Source of the DNA: Phallusia mammillata | Lineage: Eukaryota | DNA: 64,000 nt | NCBI GenBank assembly: GCA_965637545.1 | Contig: OZ281499.1 | Location: 4,464,001 to 4,528,000 of the forward strand | Direction: 5' to 3' | Part shown: positions 13,424-25,757 of the stretch, piece after piece | How the letters are laid out: the number at the start of each line of letters is the position of its first letter | Position numbering within the stretch: position 1 is the stretch's first letter | Translations under genes and position numbers: made by a program | The notes under the pieces: generated by a model | Seen by the model: the letters and a program-made list of their open reading frames with translations, nothing else | What the model was told of the DNA's origin: nothing | The model's database searches: none

Positions 13424-14542
13424 CACATAACAGAATCACCGATGTGCGGCGAGCAAAATTCAATTAATTTATTGCTCCCAATTTAGACACAAAGGGTTAA
13501 TTCACACAAATCAGGTTTGTAATTTCCTTTCATACATTTAAGTTACATTTAGCTCCTATTCAAGTTAGCAGCACAACAAAATAACGTTGTGAACCGAAAA
13601 ACCATACGATGCGGGCTTGCAGGATGTTTCTTTTTTGTTGATAACAACCAAGTTGTCGTTTTAACTTAGTTATTAAAGTATGGCGTTATTTCCCTACAAC
13701 GCATTTAATTGAAACCATTTGGATTTTGTCGTTTCTTTCATAACCGCTAAAATTCAAAAGATTATAATAGTGGATCACAAAAATCACAAAAACTCAGCTC
13801 TCGTAGTTGTGAGCAAGTCCATTATGTAAATGGGTGAATGATCTGTGTTTACCAGAATAAAGCAAACACTTTAATTTAAGTTTGACGTGTACGAGACGAC
13901 TAGTGCTGCATTCGACCATTAAATGTTAATTTTGCGTAGAGAAGACTAGAACAGCAGAATCTCTTAACAGACCCGTTCTTCGTATGAAATAAAACACTAT
14001 ACCAATGTAACTCACAATAACAACTTTAGACCAAATTTTCAGTTACAGATGCAGGTCATTTCTCTAGGTTAAAAAAATACTAAAGAGGAATGCTGCGTTT
14101 GTCAGAATTAGTTTTTGGTATGACCAATGGTGTCGACCGAAACGTAGTTTTCCACTATGCCGGTTAGCGTGTACCTGTAACTTAAGGGATGACAAGTTCA
14201 ACTTTAACAGACAAAAGCGACCTCTTTATAATTTTTACGAGCGCAGGGGGGACAGGTAATAGCTGTATATTAAACATATAGCCCTGGATTTTACTTGGGG
14301 CATTACTTTACACAAAAGAATTAGTTTAAGACGTGTTTGATTTGTTCAACGTTACTTTGAAGTTGGTGATCAAGATTATGTTAATGTAAAAAGATTTTCA
14401 GATTTTGAAGGGCGCAATAAACCTGCAATATTCTAAAAAACATGAAAGAGCACAAATAACATCTGAGAACTGGAACCTAATTCGATTCTATGGGAAAGCC
14501 CCTTCAGTAAGAGGAAGGTTGTCCATGTGATATGGAGCGTTA

Positions 14543-14603
14543 CGATTCTTGGTTAGACTTCAGGTAAGGGTTCGATTCTTGGTTAGACTTCAGGTAAGGG
14601 TTC
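14543..14603. repeat. 30-bp tandem duplication
   Basis: cgattcttggttagacttcaggtaagggtt x2; related single copy near 44310. Confidence 0.85.
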
Positions 14604-15363
14604 ATTTTATAGCTTCACCATTTGGACACAAATATATCTATTATAAATGTTTATACCAATCCAATGTTTATGTCTATTTGTACGAGACTGTATAGAGCTA
14701 CATTCGTGTCTTAAATGTTAATTTGGCGTAGCTAAGACTATATTTAGAGCTGCAGAAATCTCGTTACAGACCGGTTCATCGTATGCGGTGATTGATTGTA
14801 ATGAACACTATGCCACTGTAACTGACAATTACAATCTTAGACAAACTTTCGGTAACAAATACACTCATTTTTCTAGGTGGAAACAATACTAAAGTAGAAT
14901 GTTGCATTTGTTTAGCATAAACAATGGTGTTCCCCAAGAGAAAAGTTACATTAGTCAATAGTAGGTTTAGTATGTAGTTGAAATCTGTTTCAGGTGATAA
15001 ACCACTGTGGTTTTAGGCGACAAATTGACCGAACGTAGTTTTCTACCATGTCGGTTAGTGTGTACTGTGTACCTGTAACACAAGGGACGACCAGTTTAAA
15101 TTCAGCAGACCAAACACAACTGTAACGTCACGTAGTTTGTTAATGTGATATGTCAACCATATATGATTCAATTGTTTGTGTCAATATGCGGGTCGCGTAA
15201 TTGGATATGTAGTTATTGTAAGTCATACTGTACGAACGATGTAGCTTTTGTTCGATTTTGGGTTATACGCAGAGAGCACAAGGTTCCTACACCTGTATGT
15301 TGATCATTATACCTGAGGCAGACATTTGGAACGTAACCTTAATAAGCAAAAACTAGTTACAGA

Positions 15364-16481
15364 ATGAGTTCGTCGTTTGAAAACGTGCTTGATTTATTAA
15401 ATTTCACTATTGAAGTTGGAGATCGAGATCCTGTGGATCCACAAAGATTTTCAGATTTTGAAGGAAGGTTTCGTGACGAACTGGAAAAAAGATTCAAATC
15501 ATTTCAAGATGAAGGAGCAACATTTTCTTTTTCACATTTTCAATATTACAAGATTCAGATTGACAATCTCAATGGAAAACAAGTTCTTCGAATGTTGATA
15601 TCACTCACAAACAACGAAATTTGGATGCAAGATGGAAATTGCTTTGTGTTTCTTGTCAACAACGAACCAGATACTTCACTGACTGTGCTTCGCAGTTATT
15701 GTTGGTTTGAACCTAGAAGTGTTTTGGCTAAGTCTGGAGAAGAAAAAGGAAGACACGCAAGAGCATTTGATGACAAAACATGTTACAAGCGCCAAAAGAA
15801 CCCTGAGTTTGTCGGCTACGATTCACAAACACTTGAAAAGTTTCGCTCCACATTATCTGAGCAATATGAGATATACATGAAAAAGAAGATGGCCAGTTTG
15901 GAACCAAAATATCGTCGATTGTTTTGCGGAGTTGTGTTCGAGATAGCAAAGTGTCACGTGAGACATTGGAAAGTTCACAAACATTTAAAACACTTCCCAA
16001 CAGCCTCCCTTGTCAATTTGGCACTTGATAATGGGTGTAGTGGAAAGCTGCAAGCGGTTTTTAACGAACATAATATCATGAAAGATTTGTTTAAAGAAAT
16101 CAGCAAACAGCTGAGTGAAGAAGAAAGACTTTCTATCTACCATGCTCGTAAAGATGAACTACGAAAAGAAGGAGCAAAGTTAATTATTGACAAGTAAGTT
16201 TTCTGCCTTCTGTTTGAACTAGTCACCATTAGTGAAATGCTAGCTATGCAAATCGGATGTAACAGCATAAAAGCAACTGGCACACACAATGGGTCCAAAA
16301 ATGGCTTTAAACGTACCTTTTTTCATTTTTTTGTTTCTATATTATTAACACGAGACACATTGTTTTCGCAAACACAAATTCCTTTTCTCATTTCAGAATT
16401 TTCCCACCAACCGCTGAAGGAAAGTATGATCAAACTGAAATAACAAAAGTTGCTGATGAGATGAAATCATTTTACTTGTAA
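15364..16481 (+). CDS. Array copy 7, intact, MSSSF-type head, tail B; exons 15364-16193 + 16397-16481; 304 aa
   Basis: Donor 16194 GTAAGT, acceptor TTTCAG 16396; last exon IFPPTAEGKYDQTEITKVADEMKSFYL*. Confidence 0.9.
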
Positions 16482-16882
16482 AAACGTTTACAGAAAATGT
16501 CAAAATGTCCGAGAACATATATTAATCTTTATCGATTTATTTTATTCCTAAACGTGTAAATCTGTAAATAAATAATGTATAGCGGTTGTCAGTCTATTGG
16601 CATCAAGCAAGTTACAATTGTCCAGAATTTCGACGTAAAATCTGTGTTAAGTATTATTCCTAAACTTGGAACATGTTACACAATATTTAGTTGCAAAGGC
16701 AGCAGGAACAGATTTGTTTAACGTTAACTTACGATTTTACCCTAGAATGTTTTTTTGCATCAAAAAAATAGTCTTAAAAAATGGTATGCAACCTTGAGAG
16801 AAAGTAGTTGAAACAATATGTAAACGGTAAGGATTTAGTGTACATTGTGTGTTATACGAGACGAAATAAATCAGAACAGCAA

Positions 16883-16949
16883 GGGAATTCCCCCTTAACG
16901 TGAGAAAAGTTTTGTTGCGTTTCTTCGTTCACGCATCGATGTGACGTCA
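16883..16949 (+). promoter_or_regulatory. kB + CRE module
   Basis: GGGAATTCCC 16883-16892; TGACGTCA 16942-16949. Confidence 0.55.
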
Positions 16950-17487
16950 CACTTACCGGACGCACCGCTGTGTGGCGACACCAAACGACACAAAATCAAA
17001 GTATTGTTTTGAGATTAATGTATGGTAGTGTGTCGATTGTTGTGCATTACCCTAGACACCCACCCTTTACGCCACTGCCCACCTAACATAACCTAGGAGG
17101 AATTTAAAAAACAATACCTGAACTGAATTTTTAAGTGTAAGTTTCCATTTGTGGAGTATCCGTATGTGAAGCGTCACTTTGTTTACTTTACCGCCCTACC
17201 TGCTACCCCACTACACACTGAAATATATTACATATTAAACCTTAAATGTCTTCATTTAATGCAAATTGACCTGATTTTGCCCAATATAGTACGAATATTT
17301 TGGCAGACTATTGATCGCCGTGTTTCATTTCACATCGCAATACCTATGGTGAATGCACAAACTTTTTATGATACGCCAAAGTGTATATGATATTGCAACA
17401 TATGCTAAGTCACGTTTCTAGTTATTTTCTTAATCATTACGCAAGTGTGGCAATCGCATAACATAAGTTTAAACTACCTGTGTCATT

Positions 17488-17511
17488 AGTTTCCGTGAAG
17501 CGAAACTGAAG
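17488..17511 (+). promoter_or_regulatory. IRF-E/ISRE-like element ~290 bp upstream of ATG (representative of ~10 copies)
   Basis: AGTTTC-N8-GAAACT inverted half-sites containing AAGCGAAACTGAAG; related motifs at 5155, 7392, 22513, 26477, 32122, 36974, 46818, 56259, 58229. Confidence 0.45.
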
Positions 17512-17801
17512 TTATTTGTTTGATTATGACCTCTGCTACAAAGATAACAAAAGAGACCAATTTCAAAATGACTGGTGTTAACAATACGCCGTTACACAAC
17601 TGACATTTGTGCGAAATCACAATATTGATGCTATTTTATTACTGAATTGACAGTTACGGTGTTGGTTTGTGTACTTCACCTTAGAAACTGTGAAGAAGGA
17701 ACTCATTGCGAATGTGAGGTGCCATTACATGAAGTTAAAAAAATTCACACTTTAGTGCAGTACCAAAATCTGGAAACAGACAAAAAGAGTTAAGTTCGAG
17801 A

Positions 17802-18781
17802 ATGAGTTTGTCGTTTCAAAACGTGCTTGATTTGTTGAACATAACCATTGAAGTTGGTGATCAAGATTCTATGGATCCACAAAGATTTTCAGATTTTCAT
17901 GGCACATTTCGAGACCACCTTAAAAAAAGAGTGGCATACTTTGAAAGTGAAGGAAACACATTTCTATTTGACGATCTTCAATTTTACAAAATGGAGACTG
18001 GTAATATGAATGGAAAACAAGTTCTTCGAATGTTGATATCACTCACAAACAACGAAACTTGGATGCAAAATGGAAATTGTTTTGTTTTTCTGGTCAACAA
18101 CGAACCAGATACCTCCTTAACAGTGTTACGCAGGTACTGGTTTGAACTAACCACCGTTTTGTTTCATTCAAAACAAGAAAGGGGCAATTGGGTGAGAGCG
18201 TTTGATGACAAAAGATGCGAGAAACGGCAAAATAACCCTCAAAAATATGTCGGGTTGGATTCACAAACGATCATCATATTTCGCTCCAAATTATCTCAGC
18301 AATATGAGATGTATATGAACCAGAAGATGGCCAACCTGCAGCCTAATTATCGTCGATTGTTTTGGGGCGTTGTGTTCGAAATAGCGAAGTGTCACGTGAC
18401 CCATTGGAAAGTTTACAAACATTTAAAAAACTTTCCAACCTCTTCTCTTGTCAAATTAGCACTTGATAATGGATGCAGTGGAAACTTGCAGGCGATTTTT
18501 AACGATCACAATTTGGATATTTCGTCACAATCGAGTCAAACAAGTAGTAAAGAAGAACATATTGCGGAAGTCCACAGCATAAAAGCCAAACTACGTTCGG
18601 AGGGGGCAAAGGTCATCATTGACAAGGGCACAATAGTTAAAACAAATCACATTGAGTATGGTTTGTCTAAACGCCAAACTTTTCTGTTTATCACAGGATT
18701 TTTCCACCGAATGCTGAAGGAAATTATGATGGTGAAAAAGTGAGACAAGTCACTGATGAGATGAAGAAATTTTATGAATGA
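17802..18781 (+). CDS. Array copy 8, tail D', canonical donor deleted; read-through ORF 17802-18743 (313 aa) or cryptic splicing to last exon 18697-18781
   Basis: GACAAG|GGCAC here versus GACAA GTAAGTTAAAGAATAAGAAG GGCAC in sister copy (~38096-38125): 19-bp deletion between AAG repeats. Confidence 0.7.
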
Positions 18782-19135
18782 GATATTAAATATTGTACGA
18801 ACATTTTGTGCTATTAAACATTACGTTGCAGTTAAATTCTTCTTCTTATTGCGAATTATAGCTAATGAATAATCTTGTAACGATCTATATATTAATGTTG
18901 GTGTAGAATTGTGTGTGTAAATACGATACATTTTACTGTAGATAAATGTAACGCTTTTGTGCTAAATAAAACATATTTTTAGACAATTGAAATGTCTATG
19001 TTGAAGCCAAAAGCGGAACATACGAAATTTGTAGCGAATCAATAAGTAAAAAAGTAATAAAGTTGCAGCAGTTTCAAACCAAATACTTCAACAAACAAAG
19101 TTTCACATTGAGAATTGCTTTAACGTCACCCGAAA

Positions 19136-19180
19136 GGGAATACCCCATCGGTGTGAGTCAAGTTCTTTGTTGTGACGTCA
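19136..19180 (+). promoter_or_regulatory. Variant kB + AP-1 + CRE module (sister at 38631-38690)
   Basis: GGGAATACCC, TGAGTCA 19154-19160, TGACGTCA 19173-19180. Confidence 0.5.
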
Positions 19181-20370
19181 CACATAAAAGAATCACTGAT
19201 GCGTGGCGACAGCAAGCGAAATTCAATCGATTTGTTGGTCCTATTTTAAACACAAAGAGTTAATTCACACAAATCATGCTCCTAAATTCCTTTCATGCAT
19301 TTAAGTATAAGAGATAGCTCCCTGGAAGTTCTAAATTATAAGCACATAAAACTGCTATTCAAGTTAGCAGTACAACAAAAAAAAAACGTTGTGAACCGAA
19401 AAAAACCACACGATGCAGGTTTGGAAGATGAAATTTTTTGATACCAACCAAGTTGTTGTTTAACTAAGTGTTTTGAATATGGCAAATATTCCCTTCAGCG
19501 CATTTAATTAAAACCACTTTGAATTTGCCGTTTCTTTCATAACCGCTAAAATTCAAGAGGTTGTAGAAGCGGACACCCCACAAATGACCAAACGGGAGCT
19601 AAAACTTAACTACGGATGGGTATATGATGTGTGTTGCGAGATTAAAGCAAACATTTTAAGTGAAGCTTGTCTTGCACGGGACTGTATAGAGCTACATTCG
19701 CGTCTTGTTAATTTGGCGTAGCTAAGACTATATTTAGAACTGCAAAAAATCTCGTTACAGATCGGTTCATCGTATGAGGTGCTTGATTGTAATGAACACT
19801 ATGCCACTGTAACTGACAATTACAATCTTAGACAAATCTTCGGTTACAGATGCACGTCATTTTTCTAGGTGGAAACAATACTAAAGAGGAATGTTGCATT
19901 TGTTTAGCATAAACAATGGTGTTCCCAAAGAGAGATAAAAAAATAGAAAAGCTACATTAGTCAATAGTAGGTTTAGTATGTAGTTGAAATCTGTTCCAGG
20001 TGATAAACCACTGGGGTTTTAGGCGACAAATTGACCTAACGTAATTTTCCACCATGTCGGTTAGCTAGTACTTGTAACACAAGGGACGACCAGTTTAAAT
20101 TCAGCAGACCAAACACAACTGTAACGTCACGTGACGTCGTGTGTTAATGTGATATGTCAACCATATATGATTCAACTGTTTGTGTCAATATGCGAGTCGC
20201 GAAATTGGAAATGTAGTTATTGTAAGTCATACTATATAAACGATGCAGCCTTTGTTTGATTTTGGCTTAATCGCAGGGAGCACAAGGTTTCTACAGCAGT
20301 ATGTTGAGCATTATACCTGAGGCAGACATAGGGAACATGTAACTTTAATAAAGGAAAAACAAGTTACAGA

Positions 20371-21461
20371 ATGAGTTCGGCGTTTGAAAACGTGCTTGAT
20401 TTATTAAATTTCACTGTTGAAGTTGGTGATCGAGATTCTGTGGATCCACAAAGATTTTCAGGCTTTGAAGGAAGGTTTCGTGACGAACTGGAAAAAAGAT
20501 TTAAATTATTTCAAGATAAAGGAGCAACATTTTCTTTTTCACATTTTCAATATTACAAGATTCAGATTGACGATCTCAATGGCAAAGTTCTTCGAATGTT
20601 GATATCACTTACAAACAACGAAATTTGGATGCAAGATGGAAATTGTTTCGTGTTTCTTGTCAACAACGAACCAGATCTTTCACTGACTGTGTTTTACTGG
20701 TATTGCTGGTGTGAACCTGGAAGTGTTTTGGCTATATCTGGAGAAGAAAAAGGAAGACACGCAAGAGCATTTGATGACAAAACATGTTACAAGCGCCAAA
20801 AGGTACCTGACTTTGACGGCTACGATTCACAAACACTTGAAAAATTTCGCTCCACATTACCTGAGCAATATGATATATACATGAAACAGAAGATGTCCAA
20901 TTTGGAACCAAAGTATCGTCGGTTGTTTTTTGGAATTGTGTTCGAAATAGCAAAGTGTCACGCGAGACATTGGAAAGTTCACAAACATTAGCAATTGATA
21001 ATGGATGTAGTGGAAAGTTGCAAACAGTTTTTAATGATCACAACTTGCAGGAGGACATTGAAAATATTAAAAAACAGGCTGCCAACAAAAGCTCAAGCGT
21101 AGATGAAGTTCACCAATACAAAGCAGGCCTTCGTTTGAAAGGAGCTAAAGTAATTATTGATCTGTAAGTAAACAGAATACCACAAGAAGTTTGTTTGAAT
21201 GTTGTTTATCTGTTTGTTTGTGTTTATCATTTTAAAACATGACTTTCAGACAGAACTTTAAGTAAATAATTTGTATCAGTTTGATTTAAGTTCGCTCATA
21301 AAATAAACCGACGTAAACTTGTAATGAAGCTAATATGCATCAACATGTTTAAACAAAGTTTTTATTTTTATCTCAGGATTTTTCCTCCCAATGCTGAAGG
21401 AAAATATGACGGTGAAAAAGTGAAACAAGCAGCTGATGAGATAAAGAGATTTTATGAATGA
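20371..21461 (+). pseudogene. Array copy 9, MSSAF head, tail A, ~34-bp frameshifting deletion; last exon 21377-21461
   Basis: ORF stops at KH* 20991; tail continues in another frame (20955-21167); splice sites intact. Confidence 0.85.
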
Positions 21462-21762
21462 AATATCAAATACCATCATTGTCATCGCTTGCAGTTTCTT
21501 TCTAGTGTATATAGCAGCATACAACCTTGTAGATGTTAACCTTGTATTTAACATTGGCTTGATGAATGTCTCTGTACGTACAAATATGATGTAAATACTG
21601 TGCAATTTTGAAACCAATATTATATTTTAACACATACCATCTGCACTAATTTTAGTCGTTGTTTGCAAAACATTGCTAAATGGTAGTTAAAACTTTTGAA
21701 TGAGGCTTAAAGGTGACATGATATATTTGTTATTTGATGAGCGAAATCAGACACAACAGCAA

Positions 21763-21787
21763 GGGAATTCCCCTGTGTGCTGAGTAA
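21763..21787 (+). promoter_or_regulatory. kB + AP-1-like site (sister at 33911)
   Basis: GGGAATTCCC 21763-21772 followed by TGAGTAA. Confidence 0.5.
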
Positions 21788-22780
21788 GGTTTTGCTTCGT
21801 CGTTTTTGCCTCGATGTGACGTTACAAGCTCTGTTATGTGGCGACACAAAGGTTTTTGGTTTATAATGTGTCATGAACTGCAACACACTGAACCGCACAC
21901 ACCTCCCAGAGGTATAAGAATGCTGTATTTTACGGTCGTGGCGCTTTTATACAAGGATACCAGGCACATGTTACGTGGGGTGACACCTGGTGAATAACTA
22001 GCATAAACATAAACATCACAATAATGTAAACGAAATAGGCCAAAAATTGTAAGCCACTGCGTCGTGTTTGGTTTTCGAGCAATAACTTAGGTTTAAAGAA
22101 GTGAGAAACATGTTTATGTGAGAAATTTGCAATACAAAGACGTAGAATACTGACATATGATTATAAAATACTTTTACCTTGTATTAATCATGATCTAGAA
22201 CCTATATTTTTGTTTTTATTTCCGTAATATATGAAATTAAACCAGGTTGTTATTTCCATTTAACCTAAACTTTAGTTTGCTAACAAATTAAAAATGTGTT
22301 CAGGGAGATCAATGTCTGCGAAATTAAATGACGAGTTTGTATCAAATTGTTTATAATCGTTGATTTATTAAGCTTGTTGTATTTGCATTGGTGTTGTAAC
22401 ATTGCAAACAGTTATTTGAATAAAAGAGAAATTATAATAACCAAAGAATATTGACCTAATGATGACGATCTCGTGACTTTAGTTCTACGCTACCTGTGTC
22501 ATTAGTTTCTGCGAAACGAAACAGAAGTTGCTTGTGTGATTGTTACCTGTGTCGTTAGCAATAGGCCGCTGTATGCTTGGTATTCGCGTCTGGTGTCAAT
22601 GAGTGACGCTAGGTGATACAGGATACAACAGTTACGGTGCTGGTTTGGGTGCTCCGTTGCACCAACCGTAGCACCAGTCGTAAAGTAACTCTTTGTGAAT
22701 CTAAGGGGTCATCAAATCAGGTGAAAAAATTCAAGCCCTAAATCAAAATTTAGATACAGACGAAAGAGTTATTCTTGAGA

Positions 22781-23735
22781 ATGAGCTTGTCATTTGAAAA
22801 CGTGCTTGCTTTATTAAACATAACCATTGAAGTTGGTGACTTAGAATCTGTAGATCCACAAAGATTTTCTGAATTTGAAAGAACTTTTCGATACGATCTT
22901 AGGAGAATAATTTCCTACTTTCAAAGCAATGGAAGAATGTTTTCATTTGAAAATCTGCAATTTTACAAATTTAAGATTGGTGATCTTAATGGAAAACAAG
23001 TCCTTCGAATGTTGATATCAATTATAAACAACGAAGAGTTGATAAAAGATGGAAATTGTTTCGTGATTCTTACCAACAACGAAACAAAAATTTCACTGAT
23101 TGTGCTTTACAGATATTGGATTGAACTTTACAGATATTGGATTGTCTAAATCAGATAAAGAAAAGGGAAATTGGTTTAAAGCTTTTGATGACAAATTATT
23201 ACAGGAAAGACAAAATAACCCTCGTTCTTATTGGGTGGGATAAACAAACTATCAAAGAGTTTCGTTACACTTTGCCCGAGCAATATTCAAAATAGATGGA
23301 GCAAAAACATGGCCGATCTGCAACCAAAATATCGTCGATTGTTTTTTTTGCATTACATTGGAAGTAAAAAAGGATCACGTGCAACATTGGCTGGTCTACG
23401 AACACCTAAAAGACTTTCCTAGGTCGTCTCTCATTAAGTTAGCAATTGATAATGGATGTAGTGGAAAACTGCAGGCGGTTTTTAACCACTATTTTTGGGA
23501 TATTACTTTTATTTATGAAGAAACTACCGATAGACAGGAACAAGTTACCAAAATCGAACAACAGAAAACCGAATGGCGCAGAGAAATAGCAAAGGACATT
23601 ATTGATGGGTAAGTCTTTTATGTGCACCAAAATGTTGCTAACACCAATAGCCTGTTATTTCTGTAAACTCGTTTTGTCTGTCATCGAAATTTTTCGAAAA
23701 TACGATGGTGAAGAAGTGAAAAAAGCTGCTGACAA
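22781..23735 (+). pseudogene. Array copy 10, tail C, multiple lesions
   Basis: Internal repeat ctttacagatattggattg (~23105-23145), frameshifts, TAG; damaged last exon identical in form to copy 5. Confidence 0.85.
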
Positions 23736-24760
23736 TATTCACTTTGCGTCTTTGTTTATTTCATTATGTGCTATTTTGTTTAATTGCTGGTTCTAGATCT
23801 TTTGTGCATGTGCGTGCGTAAATACATGAAACCTGTATTGTAAATAGACATTATTTGAAATGCAAGCAAAACACGTCTTCGTGTGAAATAAAATGTTGCG
23901 TAAATCTGTGCTGGAAAGACCGATTGCAGAAAGAAAATAGAGGTTTGTGATTGAAGCAACAACAAATTAAGACAAAGAAGTGACGCAACAAGGTCGCAGT
24001 CTCAAACAAATAACTACGGAAACAAATAACTAAGAAAAAAATCTCGCGTCAAAACCCTGGCTTCCATTTTAACCAAAAGGAACAAAAATTCAGTAAGAGT
24101 CAGGTTTTTATGCGGTTGGGTTGTGACGCACCACTGTGACATCATGCATACCAGAGTCACTTGCAAGATTAAACCCCTGTTACACAGGACCCATATGAAT
24201 TTTTTTCAGCATGACTAATATCAACAATACGCCGCTATAAAATGGTGTTTGTGCCTGTGTTAAGACCAACAATGCCAGTATTTGAGACACGAAAGTTACG
24301 GTATTGGTTTGCGTTAACCTTACCACCTGTGGAGAAAGAACTCATTGTGAGAAGGCAATAAATCAGTTGAATAAATTCGAAATCTATTTACAATACCAAA
24401 ATTCGAAAAACAGACAAAAGTGTTAAGTTTGCAGAATGAGTCGTTTGAAAACGTGCCTGCTTTGTTTACCATACCCATTGAAGTTGGGGATCAAGATAAA
24501 GTATGCAGCATAATATTATAATGCAAAAACTCTGTTGTGTCTATACAAACTGTTAGTTCAACTGTTCTATCGATATGCGTGTCGCGTAATTGGACCTGCA
24601 CTTATTGAAAACACTTGTAAGGGTGTTTGGGTTAATTGGACCGATACAGCTTTTGTTTGATTTTAACTTAAGCATCAGGGAGCACAACTGTATGTTCAGC
24701 ATTAATCTTAGGGTAGACAAACTAAAACTAAAATACAGAGAAAACATTCAAAGTTGCAAA

Positions 24761-25757
24761 ATGAGTTTATCGTTTGAAAACGTGCTTGCTTTGTTGACCA
24801 TAACCCTTGAAGTTGGTGATCAAGATTCTGTAGATCCAAAGAGGTTTTCCGATTTTCAAGGACCTTTTCGGGACGACATCGAATCAAGAATTCCACACTA
24901 TGCAAATAACGGACAAACGTTTGCTTTTAATAATCTAGATTTTTACAAAATTGAGATTGGTGATTTGAATGGAATACAAGTTCTTCGAATGTTGATATCA
25001 CTCACAAACGACAAAGATTTGATGAAACCTGGAAAATGCTTCGTGTTTCTTTTCAAAAACAAACCAGATACTTCACTGACTATGCTTCAAAGTTATTGGT
25101 TCGAAGTACGAGGCATTCCAGCTGAGTCGGGACACGAAAGAGGTTTGTTTGTAAGAGCATTCGATGACAAAACGTGTTCCAATCGTCAAAAGAACCCTAA
25201 ATTTGTCGGTTTCGATTCAAAAACCCTTGAAAAACTTCGCTCCACATTATCTGAGCAATATCAGATATACATACAACAGAAGATGGTCAATTTAGAACCA
25301 AAATATCGTCGATTGTTTTTTGGAGTTGTGTTCGAAATAGCCAAATGTCACGTGATCAACTGGAAAGTACACAAATATTTGAAAAACTTTCCAACGGCTT
25401 CTCTGATCAAATTAGCACTCGATAATGGATGCAGTGGAAAGGTAAAAGCGGTTTGTAACGATCGCAATTTGGATATTTCGTCTGGATATTTCAATTTGAG
25501 TCAAACAAGTAGTAAAGAAAAACATGTTGCGGAAGTCCACAGCATAAAAGCCAGACTACGTTCGGAGGGGGCAAAGGTCATCATTGACAAGTAAGTTAAA
25601 GAATTTAAAGGGCACAGTGGTGAAACAAATCACATTAAGTTTGGTTTGTCTAAGCATTTCTGTTTATTACACGATTTTTCCACCGAGTGCTAAAGAAAAA
25701 TATAATGCTGAAAAAGTGAGACAAGCAGTTGATGAGATAAAGAAATTTTATGAATGA
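24761..25757 (+). CDS. Array copy 11, tail D'; exon 24761-25590 open, last-exon acceptor mutated AG>AC
   Basis: ttattacac|gatttttcc at 25672 versus ttatcacag|gatttttcc; unspliced product 277 aa; in-frame cryptic acceptor TAAG at 25654. Confidence 0.7.

Noticed and set aside
24590-24760. 57-aa N-terminal extension of the 334-aa ORF (also the 56-aa extension at 37111)
   Set aside because: Starts at TTG/ATA and is not open in sister copies; the family start is the ATG at 24761 / 37279
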